The notes under the pieces were generated by a model, which was not told the origin of the DNA, did not search any database, and worked only from the letters and a program-made list of their open reading frames with translations. Shown piece by piece: positions 44,901 through 52,622 of a stretch of 64,000 bases of DNA; the first letter of the stretch is position 1; the number at the start of each line of letters is the position of its first letter. The translations under genes and the position numbers were made by a program. The stretch comes from an uncultured virus (IMG/VR IMGVR_UViG_3300034104_001787) (Duplodnaviria; Heunggongvirae; Uroviricota; Caudoviricetes): the IMG/VR virus record IMGVR_UViG_3300034104_001787; one strand, 5' to 3'.

Positions 44901-47900
44901 TATGCAACCTTTGGGGGCTACGGATATTAACGATAAGAAGTTCTTACTTACTTATAAGGATAAGCCCGTAGCAGGAACTATCTCTGACCAGCTTGGACGA
45001 CTGTTAAACCACGCTGTAGATAACGAGAACAATCAGGTGTTAAGTAAGCTCAACATCAACGAACTTACTTACGACATCTACCAAGTACTTACCCTTTTAG
45101 GGTTTAACCAAGAGACTATCGCTTTAGTAGCTAATCACCCTATTACGTTAGAGTATGTACGTAGGGCACAAAGCAAAGAGTCGATTACAGATGCAGGATA
45201 TGCAGATAAGCGAGGCGTATTAGCAGATCTTCAAATAGAGTTAGTTAAGAATTCAAAGCTTACCGAGGAGCAGGCAAGTAAGTTCACATCTAAGCCACGA
45301 ATCAATAAGTCAGAACTTTTAGAACAGCTTGGTAAGGATTATGCTGGAGTTCCTATAGATCAGGCAGTTAGTTTAATATACGTATTGCTTAATGTGGACG
45401 AGATGGGTACTAACCTGTTGAATTTCCAAACAGCAATGAAGTTGGATACTCGTGCGCCTAAGGATATGCACGATATGCACAACACCATATTTAAGAGTGT
45501 CAAGCGTATTTATGGCGATAATGCTCCTGCATGGATGGATAGGGTTATAGATTCATCTGTATCTGGATCTATTTTTAAGGGATACAGGGCCAATTTTATC
45601 CCGTCTTTAAACCCTGACGACTTTTTAGTTGCTACAGGAGGATACCGTCAAACTTACTCGTTATTCCAAAATAGGAAGAATCCTGCTGAGTTAATGGATA
45701 CTGTATATAAGGGATTGGCTTCACACCGAAATACAGAGTTAGCGTCATTACTTACAGGAGAGAAGATTTCTGATTTACGCGATAGGCTTCTTCTGAATGA
45801 AGAGCGTAATATCGCTAAGACCGTAGCCGACACTATAGCTGCGAACCCGAAGTTAGAGAGCAACGTGTTCTTGCAACTGTTAGAGGTTAACGTAGATAAG
45901 AAGAGAGGATTCTATACGGTCGAGTTTGTTGGAGATAGATCATCGCTTCTTAGCCCACGGGAAGTACATGCTGCGGCTATGGAATTAGCCAACAGCAATA
46001 TCCCGGAGGTGCGTAAGATGTTTAAGGATCTTGTGGCGTATGCTTTGCTCAACGGAGGTACGTTAGGTGCAAGAACCTTTATCAAGTATATCCCCGCAGA
46101 TTACTTATCTCAGATTCCGGGATACCAAAGAACATTAAGCAAGGTTTCTATTAACCGTAACGAGTTAATTCAAATCATCCAACACAATCCAGAGTTATCA
46201 TCTATATATCCAACTCAAGTAGATACTGATGGCAATCGTATTATAGTTGGACTTGAGCCAGGTCTTCCTATTGTACGTCTTAGTAATGACGACGAGTCTA
46301 TGGTGGAAAATGGCAGTTTAATCTATATCACTGATTTTACATCTTATCCGAATTACCTTGTTATAAAATCTTATGTTACAGTCCCTGAGATAGGCGATTA
46401 CCTCCACTCAGAGTATGATCCTGATGTAGATATAATCACATCTCAGAAGGCAGTCATAAATGAGAATGTAACCAATACAGTAGCACGGGATATTACTCGC
46501 GATGTGGCTGATATTGATGATTCGACTGCACGCCCAGAATACAACGATGACGTTCAGGCAGACATCAACAGCCTTTTAAATACGGTAGAGACCTATGCAC
46601 GTAGAGGGGACGCGAAGAATGTAGAGCTACTTACCGAAGAGTTACGCAGGTTGGGATACCGTGGAGAGATTCCTTCTGTGGCATCTACCAAGAATCCTGT
46701 ATTGCCTACTACAGATGGTAACCTCAACACAGCTAATATCCCCCTGTTCAACTTTATAGATAACCTGCCTGTAAAGTCGGATCTGCTGTTGGAGTTGGCT
46801 AATATCCACGAAGCTTTACCTGACGACCAGAAGATTACCGTCCGCTACTTAGACGACAGCATCTCTTCTTTACAGAGAGGAGTATACAAGAAGAATGAGC
46901 GCACCATCTACGTCAATCGCAATAGCCCAGACCTGCTTACTACCCTCACCCACGAGTTAGTACACGCCTTATCTGTAGATGCTATAACCAACCCCAAGAC
47001 AGAAGGACAGAAGAAGGCCTATGCAAGTATGAAGAACTTGCACGAGAACCTTATAGAGATGATGAAGAACGAAGGTTCTGCTCTCTATAAGGCTGGCTAT
47101 AGATTTGAGGAGTTTAATAAGATACAAGATCTCTATAACGGGTATAGGATCTATATGACTGCTATGGGTCGTCCTGCCTCGGAGCAGAGAGACGCTACAC
47201 TCGCACGGTTCAAGCAAGCCTACGACGAGTTTAACGAGATCAGCAAGACCTCCGATGCAGTAAACAAGTACTATCCCTTTATCTATAAGTTCTACACCTT
47301 AGGTAGCGATTACAAGATCGGCAGGAAAGAGGTCTATGGTGCAGAGCTTATGTCCCATATCCTCAGCGATAAGGACTTTATCCGGGCTATGGCTGCTATA
47401 CCCGCTACGAAAGGGTCTATGCTCAACAAGATCATAGAAACTATCCGTAAAGCTATACAGTCCATATTCAAAGACGATATCAGCGGAACCCTTGCAGACG
47501 AGTTGGTAGCTAATTCAATGAATATAATCTTTGAACAAGCTGGTTTCAACACCAACCCGATCAATCTTACCGATACCAACTCAAGGTTAGATCTCCTGAA
47601 TAACGCAATGGATGATACTGGAAATATACTCTATGAATCCATAATGGGTACTACCAACATAGATGACTTACCAGAAGACATCTCATTTGATAGTATCAAA
47701 GGAGGACCAGCTACTGTAGGTAAGCGTACCAGAGAACTCTATATCCAATACAAGAAGCAACGTGTAGCTCAGCTGTTAGAACTGAAAGCACGTTTTGCAG
47801 GAGATACCAAAGCCGCTAATGCTATCAATGAACGAGTACTGCAAGAGCGGAACGAGTTGAATATGATACAGGATGATGATAGTGTACCTGTCGAGTATAT

Positions 47901-50900
47901 CATATCGTTTGCTGAGCGTGAGTTGGAGGATGCTCGTGTGTTGTTGAGTAAGGTTAATGTAGGTGCTGGGAACTTTGAGTATGCACAGGCCCGTGTACAG
48001 AATGTGTTATCTGTACTGGACTTCTATAGTAACGTGAGGAAGTTGGGGTCGGGATTGGATACGGGTGCTATGCGTTCTTTGGTGGGGGAGGCGAGTAACT
48101 TGAAGGATGACTGGAACCGTGTGGCAGCTTCGTTTATGCGTGAGGCTGTTGCTCGTAAGTATCCTGAGTTGGCGCAGAACGGGTACTTGAATCCTGACTC
48201 TTTTGAGCGTATGGAGAATATAACTACGATAAGTAGTTTGTTCTTGGATAGCACACGTCAGGGAAGGGTTGAGTTGGATTACTTGGGCAGCTTATTGAAG
48301 GAGGCATCTATCAATAAGATGAACAGGTATAACGACTTGATGGCTAAGTATACTCCTCTGAGTGCTTCCTTTAAGAATAGTGAGTTCTATAAGAAGTATG
48401 GCTGGGAGGGTATAGTGGCTAAGGATTTTGAGGGCAACAGTACCGCAGAGTTGTTGAGTGCATTTTCTTCTGAGTTTGATAAGAAGCGGAGGGAGATGCT
48501 TGACAGAGCAAAATCTGTAGGTAGTTACCGTGCTTACTATAACTGGTTGGATTCTAACAGCGATATCCTTGATGTGACGAAGCTGTTTGCTATCCGTGAT
48601 GGGGGAGTAGTTCGTTCTGAGGATATGGGCTACCGTGCTTTGTTGGATAAGAAGTACGGTAAGGTGGTAGCTGAGGATATTATCTCTCGCCAGCAGAAGT
48701 TGTACCGCGATTATGTCAATGCGAAGTTGGCGTATGAGGACCGCGTTCGTATGGAGAACAGCGACCCCGATACGGTAGCTAATCTCGTAAAGGATTATGA
48801 GGCGAAGAATGATCCGGCTCTTTACTACAAGTACAAGACGAAGGAGTTGAAGCGTCCGAAAGAAGGATCTTCGGGTATGTTCGTGTTCCGTGTACCTGCC
48901 AAAGAGATTGGAGGTAAGGCTACGGGATACTATGACAGCCGCTTCGAGGAACTTACTAACGATAAAGATGCCTATGCATACTACACCTTCTTGAGAGAGA
49001 ACTATAGGTATATGATGTCTCGTCTGCCTATGTACTCTATGAACCAAGATAGGGGCTTGATGCAGATGGGATTATTTATCCCTGCAGTAAAGAAGAGTTT
49101 GATGAATAGCTTCTGGTCTGCGGAGGGTGTGTCTGGTAAGTTCAATGCTATATCTGACTCTGTGATTGCCGCTATGGTATCGAAAGATGCAGAGTTGGTA
49201 GAGAATTTAATTGATCCTATTACTGGTCAGCCACGTAAGTCGTTGCCTGTATTCTTCACCAAACGGTTGAAGGATGTACGGGAGCAGGAGTTCGATATGG
49301 ACAGAACCTTCGCGGTGTTTAGTATGATGGCTATCAGCTACGATACCAAGAACCAAGTTGAGGATGAAGTCAATATGGTCGAGGCGGTATTGAATAACAT
49401 AGAGGTGTACCATAACAACGGCTTAGGGCAACGTATCAAATCGGCTTTAGGAGTCGATATGACGGCTCGTGATGCTGATACGAGGTCTAACATCACCCGA
49501 TCGGTAAAAGCTGTCGTAGATAGCTTCTATGGACGTAACGTGTCTGCCAGCCGTGAAGGTCTCGTCTTTGGTAAGAAGGTCTACACCACAGAAGAAAAAG
49601 CTAAGCAAGAAGAATATGCAGCGGAGTTAGCTTCGGCAAAATCTCGTCTCGATGCAGGGGAGATAAGTGGTGAAGAATTTGAGAAGATAGAGAGCGATAT
49701 AGCAGCTAAGCAAGAGGCGTTGGGAGGACGTATGGACTTGGTAAAGGGAGTACGTGGTATGACGTGGTGGACACAGCTGAAGGGTATGGCTTGGAATATC
49801 CCCGCAGCTATCACCAACTCTATCTTCGGCCCTATGTCTGGATACCGTCACGCTGCTGGTAATCAGGACTTTACGATTGACGAATGGAGACAATCTCTGG
49901 GTATTATGATGCACTCTTCGCTGAACGGCTTGTTCTTGAATAGCGGAGTAGCACGTACAGATACCGCAAAGAAGATCCAGAATATGATGATCAACCTGAA
50001 TATCTTAAAAGACTTTACAGATGTTCAGTGGGATCCGGCAACGGCAGGAGACCCCGCCAACAGAAAGCTACGGAGGAAGGGAATCCAAAAGCTTGCTCCT
50101 TACGAGTTGCAGGGTAGCTCAGAATACTTGGCATATGGCAATAGCACTATTGCTATCCTTCTCAACAGGAAGGTAGATGGCAAGTCGTTATGGGATTATA
50201 TGGATAGCAACGGTATTATCCAAATCGATGGATACCGTCCGGGAGAGCCGCAGTTTGTAGCCCTTATCAAAGAGATTGATCAGGTAAACAAACTCATCCA
50301 CGGCAACTATGACCCCGATGCCCCTATGCCTATCAAGAAGACGGTACTCGGCCCTCTCCTTATGCAGTTCCGTACGTGGTTGCCAGAAGCCGCAGCACAA
50401 AGATTCGGAGGACGCAAGTACGATATAACCTTAGGAAGAGAAACAGAAGGCACCTTCGTTACTCTCAAGAACCTGATGTTAGAAGATTGGAAGAAGACCC
50501 TCTACGACTTCACTCGCCTCAGCTTACCTGTTATGCATAGGTTCGTAAAGATCGAAGGCTTGTCGGAGTTGGAGCAGGAGAACTTACGCAAGTCGGCAGC
50601 ATCGATGCGGATGTATATGCAGATCTTCTTACTCATCCAATTGCTTCGTGCCTTGAATGACGACGAGGAAGATGAAGATGCTAAGTACATGTTCAACTTC
50701 GGATTGAATATCGCAGGACGTTTAGAGAGAGACCTTCGATTCTTTACCAGCACAGAATCTATCAGCGATGTATCGGGACAACAGCTGTTACCAATCTTTG
50801 GTATCGCGGAAGAGTTAGGAGCATTTGGAAATGCTACGATTGAGTCCCTTATGGGGGAACCAACAATAGAAACGGGAGCGTATGCTGGAGACAATAAGAT

Positions 50901-50982
50901 GGTCTTCCACGGTTCTAAGTTGATTCCCCACACAAAGGCGATCCAACGTATATATACTAACTCAATCCAAGAAATGAAATAA
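35962..50982 (+). CDS. Giant virion-packaged RNA polymerase polyprotein (crAss-like vRNAP) with zincin domain
   Basis: 5006 aa. YRIPSQ...EIVGFLP...GDTII...GQDFDIDK catalytic motif at 44431-44448; KRLAAMIAPG, STDAAEF, YVKSAQ and LIQQEVP motifs; HELVH zincin motif at 46951-46965. Confidence 0.9.
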   Translation: MFEDDEVGAPDLSPLGDATPEEINQALSGQPTPVKPSNTNSTELDLGVYNTNVYNAGKNKLGLYTGYNNRPEDIDKYQTTGWDIGWLSLGGTQGVAENFSYESPFQANKAAAASQTYLDQITNAGAKFILNTGINAAQGIGMFYGAGEALVTGDLSAIYDNSLSNSLDKVTEATEERFQLRDKETALSDGMRLTDDVLKGLSFISGAIVSEAALTALSTATLGAAAPVQAAATAGIAARGAKLLKSIATGGQKIISGNVVDDAVRGAALGATTTATQAATALTQAAGQVNRARAINTVGRISRQLLTGAGMEAGMEARTVQATAIADRKAQHEMMYGPGSFTPEMEQQFKEENGQVFDAVFGTNLALVGIGNALLIPRVFGVGLNTGMKTMRTVSKSSLTDSQLNRASQFLNKTVADLPEYIPLNVVSPGRRALAASKYLRSPLYEGFVEEGGQGVISRTAEDYIADKYDAQGNIQAASLYDSFQNGLQQTYSSADGLKEIGMGLLIGTLGLPSFMVGGKFTSKYIGDPDSVTFDIGGKKIPYKAYGGIAGIKAEQVENDDRIRRVMGLMEKDPGTLEILRAESDNVRRQAVLSKQMSGAVDREDFKEAKDIEGDMLFSHASSKIVTGRYDMAVEEAEAIFRDMSVEDYRDFLGQDAALLSDEEVRRRKEDTIRSYTENMARVKDAYAEASKIYRGEDPEVHTGIAKLIYDVKNRDAREKSIADGLANKLKDINGNQILDGLKLQQEFDISIDKVDELTRINQKIKNINKQLETKQARRIIKNVDEAKAAKRDAELNKLAEELEALENRKTLIYNALNKFAPKVDAIDVNAEYTYDTNEFTRRLDTLLEMNDLLIRLGNTNTRADYDDIRKQFADLSRIVNDRMALVDAYNSLLEPGGYDKFIASMRSSIEKKITPNTNERAEALKDEYQQKEANEEILRDTTPPQDLAEEVPAESGVVVEDIYDFDTPDVVLDEEGEVVDVAVPEQDDIMDIIYDEELSDTDVFIPEDADAIDSVYTEDAPETLSPQEPTETQIGGVALVPQPENLVIDNSSPTKVNLSFSLTNATTGELKRDYPVDVLKGFNGKVLELRYIPANGSTLLNEAYGIFYNGQLVTLQNPEWAEANLKSDQITALRNGYKLGIEVSDTQFMVNKAKTALSVRDALGYAGELDLTANIGYQRKNGLVWRNGIQPGNLEDLQKSSGVRVIALKEQHTPKGQVTARPVTARLKGNKVEITTVQSMVAMFHTAAIFLGQYTPESVGMSQGAYEANLAMLRSMPQFNTNGNAFDQDAGAIADGLKAVFKIYIGNVDFAVDQWAKYKTAAKIANTEQKKDLAQQPPLFAVNVTKGKLVLKTLAKDKTVDTNFPDYFSQDQDPLASWKLNAIRLAMTQLPYDLTNQNLKADFIPNFSVDSDGKINRELDTSFDDFVADNFTTDVYAPVYTDPATGKDTRTSVLPSGVTGRIVNRIPTADDVRPTEEVAPKPVSEAAPVFDDTVIDYLDDFDLTELQSIKSPEQVSEEDLTQDIQSMYLVENLSPREVNDAVNILTGSIVTELINTGYNKGAKAKLQGNELVANVRAMLQRHMASTQAMLDNPNISPKQKANFRVIMDSMTRLMEVNTFNKVMRIAMMEVVQNTAGIISITDKTFNDVYDKLSAELEQGIANEDDLQNSDNPTAVFDDNYAFSILPHQATLPQLKMALMTVKNVEIKRDTFTAFGLLKYANYKSLTQDLATNLLGVDYTYPAVISRLKSQSKRRPIFKSVIDLLEGTNVDMTKTDVKDSVKQIQHQFVVFAAKDPSVFISAKIDTKRPDEDAVDTTPRNPFRQFSSNERNMSQFLLGTIASRLYETGLYKYTPGVGMTINLQKVQALSKDLDDAFASVTTKGAAAIPERAVAISKVLSKYFKVDVSPSVFDAEVMRGGFADLLVADSQNSSFGVFRNYLKTLIFEKNSNDTRLWTNAKNTEAAEFRKLVRMIGSVSASTIQNSSKDGSGKVRSHISNPKMVTRMTNLFMREEEIGRERDNWLLQNVLNPSGDPDFKKGFSIDYVDGIGQLDSNKELRDFHKMRDIDRKVARFTFFLNNNTYVTTAQGSHPMIRLMLPTLSDKKTMPLINVPMIKEHYPQITSDINDRPVDTYRITDFYNEAAIDNIYEKYVASIVEKERLRILAIRTNATNSLEAMSEQQRKADMFIYFPEMNNILAKNPVPTYDEAHKAAKEAFRKQLNADLQANIKKLDGHFYTLRTVKGKGVRITQPKIINLNEKSVLARLGKKNIPAGFTQAGISALIASMSLHTTVYNGLVFDTYLGDLGQFFKKDLQGTKVNVGKRLAAMIAPGTAIPVTVLPDGTSNEFINYLPLTDFHFSSSYKDYYKSLGLSEAELAAYDLDSTDAAEFVMPQEHLGVLYAQGRITAKEYSDVMDSIKRKRPLTSDQKAYFQPMKPVTAGVNNGKMLYVKSAQIPLVPDAINGTELQKLYDFGLKNNIQRFPFKTAVKIGLENGSVDAFNADGTINVEQLEAGIGLGAPIGATVASKMIVGSRRNMLIQQEVPVSKTNEKTHGSQTAKLFLVNLLNEGGFTLPGSDVTYTGQELFDQYLNARKEELDLKLQKFADSYGFNYKEGQLRHTEASKKAFAKRIQKEAIERGYDLNEIAHLRIDDNGNFITPLWASASQERINSLVLSIYRSEIYDSLMEGFSGPVVPAAGIKELDIKDVNKEDYNNIVWTTDANGNRLFDGNSLKSAKIEGNTFQPDQILLPWKFKGMVDDYVIEKDGRKILDITRIPKELLQVFSYRIPSQKKASSASLEIVGFLPKSMGDTIIPPSELVGRFGQDFDIDKMFGFMYAHKEITSKDGVKSIEIVRGGDKVDDKISASRNRMLDIYHSTMRNPNKAVQRAIVSPVTDGYGTELGNMIEESTGSSMKNASLLTMSYNDYKADLARTAKSAIGVFASANVLHSQIQSALKGKKFYLFESDTFFEIGEDPTSRSIRMQPLGATDINDKKFLLTYKDKPVAGTISDQLGRLLNHAVDNENNQVLSKLNINELTYDIYQVLTLLGFNQETIALVANHPITLEYVRRAQSKESITDAGYADKRGVLADLQIELVKNSKLTEEQASKFTSKPRINKSELLEQLGKDYAGVPIDQAVSLIYVLLNVDEMGTNLLNFQTAMKLDTRAPKDMHDMHNTIFKSVKRIYGDNAPAWMDRVIDSSVSGSIFKGYRANFIPSLNPDDFLVATGGYRQTYSLFQNRKNPAELMDTVYKGLASHRNTELASLLTGEKISDLRDRLLLNEERNIAKTVADTIAANPKLESNVFLQLLEVNVDKKRGFYTVEFVGDRSSLLSPREVHAAAMELANSNIPEVRKMFKDLVAYALLNGGTLGARTFIKYIPADYLSQIPGYQRTLSKVSINRNELIQIIQHNPELSSIYPTQVDTDGNRIIVGLEPGLPIVRLSNDDESMVENGSLIYITDFTSYPNYLVIKSYVTVPEIGDYLHSEYDPDVDIITSQKAVINENVTNTVARDITRDVADIDDSTARPEYNDDVQADINSLLNTVETYARRGDAKNVELLTEELRRLGYRGEIPSVASTKNPVLPTTDGNLNTANIPLFNFIDNLPVKSDLLLELANIHEALPDDQKITVRYLDDSISSLQRGVYKKNERTIYVNRNSPDLLTTLTHELVHALSVDAITNPKTEGQKKAYASMKNLHENLIEMMKNEGSALYKAGYRFEEFNKIQDLYNGYRIYMTAMGRPASEQRDATLARFKQAYDEFNEISKTSDAVNKYYPFIYKFYTLGSDYKIGRKEVYGAELMSHILSDKDFIRAMAAIPATKGSMLNKIIETIRKAIQSIFKDDISGTLADELVANSMNIIFEQAGFNTNPINLTDTNSRLDLLNNAMDDTGNILYESIMGTTNIDDLPEDISFDSIKGGPATVGKRTRELYIQYKKQRVAQLLELKARFAGDTKAANAINERVLQERNELNMIQDDDSVPVEYIISFAERELEDARVLLSKVNVGAGNFEYAQARVQNVLSVLDFYSNVRKLGSGLDTGAMRSLVGEASNLKDDWNRVAASFMREAVARKYPELAQNGYLNPDSFERMENITTISSLFLDSTRQGRVELDYLGSLLKEASINKMNRYNDLMAKYTPLSASFKNSEFYKKYGWEGIVAKDFEGNSTAELLSAFSSEFDKKRREMLDRAKSVGSYRAYYNWLDSNSDILDVTKLFAIRDGGVVRSEDMGYRALLDKKYGKVVAEDIISRQQKLYRDYVNAKLAYEDRVRMENSDPDTVANLVKDYEAKNDPALYYKYKTKELKRPKEGSSGMFVFRVPAKEIGGKATGYYDSRFEELTNDKDAYAYYTFLRENYRYMMSRLPMYSMNQDRGLMQMGLFIPAVKKSLMNSFWSAEGVSGKFNAISDSVIAAMVSKDAELVENLIDPITGQPRKSLPVFFTKRLKDVREQEFDMDRTFAVFSMMAISYDTKNQVEDEVNMVEAVLNNIEVYHNNGLGQRIKSALGVDMTARDADTRSNITRSVKAVVDSFYGRNVSASREGLVFGKKVYTTEEKAKQEEYAAELASAKSRLDAGEISGEEFEKIESDIAAKQEALGGRMDLVKGVRGMTWWTQLKGMAWNIPAAITNSIFGPMSGYRHAAGNQDFTIDEWRQSLGIMMHSSLNGLFLNSGVARTDTAKKIQNMMINLNILKDFTDVQWDPATAGDPANRKLRRKGIQKLAPYELQGSSEYLAYGNSTIAILLNRKVDGKSLWDYMDSNGIIQIDGYRPGEPQFVALIKEIDQVNKLIHGNYDPDAPMPIKKTVLGPLLMQFRTWLPEAAAQRFGGRKYDITLGRETEGTFVTLKNLMLEDWKKTLYDFTRLSLPVMHRFVKIEGLSELEQENLRKSAASMRMYMQIFLLIQLLRALNDDEEDEDAKYMFNFGLNIAGRLERDLRFFTSTESISDVSGQQLLPIFGIAEELGAFGNATIESLMGEPTIETGAYAGDNKMVFHGSKLIPHTKAIQRIYTNSIQEMK

Positions 50983-51122
50983 TGGCAAAGGCAGTTAAAT
51001 CCCGTGGTTCAATCAAGGTAGAATTGAACCCAAAAAAACAACACGGTAGGCACGCAAAATCTGAATCTAAGAATGTCAATTCGAAGACGTATCAGAAGCC
51101 TTACCGAGGTCAAGGGCGTTAG
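50982..51122 (+). CDS. 46-aa basic protein ending YRGQGR
   Basis: MAKAVKSRG...HAKSESK...KPYRGQGR; the C-terminal motif is common in small phage proteins; overlaps the thyX 3' end. Confidence 0.6.
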   Translation: MAKAVKSRGSIKVELNPKKQHGRHAKSESKNVNSKTYQKPYRGQGR

Positions 51123-51732
51123 ATATTAGAGGCAACTCATCAAGGAATACAGCTTTAATAGCTTTGGCTATGAGCTGTATTTCTTTTTGTGCGTGTGCGT
51201 CGTCTCTGATCTGCAAGAAGTGAATCCACGAACGGATACTTCCCGTCATATGTAATGTCGTCTTGGTTGCCATAGGAAGAATAAACCTTGCCGTCTCACG
51301 AGATACCCCCGACTCAATCAAGTTATTGTATAGCTGCTCACAAGCGGCTAATACCATAGCTACCTTACCATCTAAGATAGAGGAGTTGATAGGATCTGTA
51401 GAGGACTGTCTATTGCTGGTAGCTTGCCACCGTAATTCGACAGGTTCAAAGATTCCTTTATCAGAGATAAGGTTTACGTCTTGGTACCGCTGGCTAAACT
51501 CTTGGAAGGTAAAGCTTCTATGACGCAAGAGTTGGATAGCAATAGCTTTGCTGGTCTCTATCTCAAACGTCATATAGGAATGTTCAAAGGGAGACCAATG
51601 CTTATGCTTGATAAGGTAGTTGATGAGACCTTCAGGCTTTTCTCTCTTGTCTTTCCTGCTGCTGGATACCCGTGCAATTTCTACGATATTCTCTTCCGGG
51701 TTAGGGGTAATGGTTAATAGACGTACGTTCAT
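51076..51732 (-). CDS. thyX: Flavin-dependent thymidylate synthase
   Basis: HWSPFEH, QLLRHRSFTFQEFSQRY, ETARFILP and HAQKEI motifs. Confidence 0.95.
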   Translation of the reverse strand: MNVRLLTITPNPEENIVEIARVSSSRKDKREKPEGLINYLIKHKHWSPFEHSYMTFEIETSKAIAIQLLRHRSFTFQEFSQRYQDVNLISDKGIFEPVELRWQATSNRQSSTDPINSSILDGKVAMVLAACEQLYNNLIESGVSRETARFILPMATKTTLHMTGSIRSWIHFLQIRDDAHAQKEIQLIAKAIKAVFLDELPLISNALDLGKASDTSSN

Positions 51733-51790
51733 AGGTTGTTTGATTGATGATGCAAGGTGAGCCGATTATGTACTATTTATGACTCATTAC

Positions 51791-51848
51791 AATACCTTAT
51801 AGGGTATAGTTCGCTATGGTTTCAGGCTATCTATACCCGTTCGGTATT
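51791..51848. repeat. REPIN-like nested inverted repeat
   Basis: Two related palindromes (ATACCTTATAGGGTAT and ATACCCGTTCGGTAT) that also pair with each other. Confidence 0.6.
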
Positions 51849-52008
51849 AGTTTAGGTTAGCTTTTCTTTCTCTTTCAAGAAACATCTCCCCCATTTTAGT
51901 AATGCTATGAAGGATATCCGTAGCATACTTGCCATCTTTAGTATTGCTATCGATAAGATCCATACGCTGCTTAATCTTATCGATGAATTGTTCTAACTGT
52001 GTTTTCAT
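51847..52008 (-). CDS. Hypothetical 53-aa protein
   Basis: MKTQLEQFIDKIKQRMD...KANLN; manually translated; co-oriented with neighbours. Confidence 0.55.
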   Translation of the reverse strand: MKTQLEQFIDKIKQRMDLIDSNTKDGKYATDILHSITKMGEMFLERERKANLN

Positions 52009-52010
52009 CA

Positions 52011-52040
52011 GTCCTTTTTGTTGGCGTTAACAAAATGGTC
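52011..52040. repeat. 30-bp imperfect palindrome between small ORFs
   Basis: GTCCTTTTTGTTGGCGTTAACAAAATGGTC. Confidence 0.6.
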
Positions 52041-52263
52041 AATCATACCTTTCGTTATAGTAATCTAATCCACTTTTACATTCCCAGATACTACCATTGT
52101 AATCTCTTTCTTCTCTTCCTCCATTAAATGCCTCTTCAATCTGGTCTCGATGCATCTCTTTGGCCTGCTCTACTACCTTACTTATTTTTTCCCATTCGCT
52201 GGGGTATAACTCAAGAATATTGTCTAATGCGTCCCATAACCACTCTACTGCTGTCTGTTTCAT
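52039..52263 (-). CDS. Hypothetical protein (MKQTAVEWL...AKEM...YYNE family)
   Basis: N- and C-terminal motifs typical of small ORFs in Bacteroidota phages. Confidence 0.65.
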   Translation of the reverse strand: MKQTAVEWLWDALDNILELYPSEWEKISKVVEQAKEMHRDQIEEAFNGGREERDYNGSIWECKSGLDYYNERYD

Positions 52264-52299
52264 TTCTGTTCTGTGTTAAAAGTTTTGTTACAGTAAATC

Positions 52300-52527
52300 T
52301 TAATCATTAACAAGATCAAATTGATCTCCAATCTCCCTTAATGCACCTCCTAAAATCTTTGCAAGATTTCTAACTGCTTCAAGTTCAAGAGATTCTAACC
52401 ATTTGTCTTGTACTGCGACGGGGCAATCCTCAAAGCAAGTGGGTTGTTTTTTGTCTTCATCTTCAAACTTGTGCAAGATGTACACTCCGCTGAGATTCCT
52501 GCGTTTTAAATCATCCATAGTATCCAT
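52300..52527 (-). CDS. Hypothetical protein
   Basis: 75 aa; RRNLSGVY...CFEDC motif. Confidence 0.6.
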   Translation of the reverse strand: MDTMDDLKRRNLSGVYILHKFEDEDKKQPTCFEDCPVAVQDKWLESLELEAVRNLAKILGGALREIGDQFDLVND

Positions 52528-52622
52528 TGCTGTGTTGTTTTTAATTCTACAAAATGTTTGTTTTATGCATCATTAAGGATGCATTTCTGAGTTAATGACG
52601 ATAAATGCCATCATTTAAATTG

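Noticed and set aside
48292..49047. 251-aa antisense ORF inside the vRNAP gene
   Set aside because: Fully nested; explained by the local G/T-rich codon choice.
51006..51038. GGTTCAAT/ATTGAACC hairpin as terminator at the convergence point
   Set aside because: The A-run is on the wrong side for a minus-strand terminator, there is no T-run on the plus strand, and it lies in a coding region.
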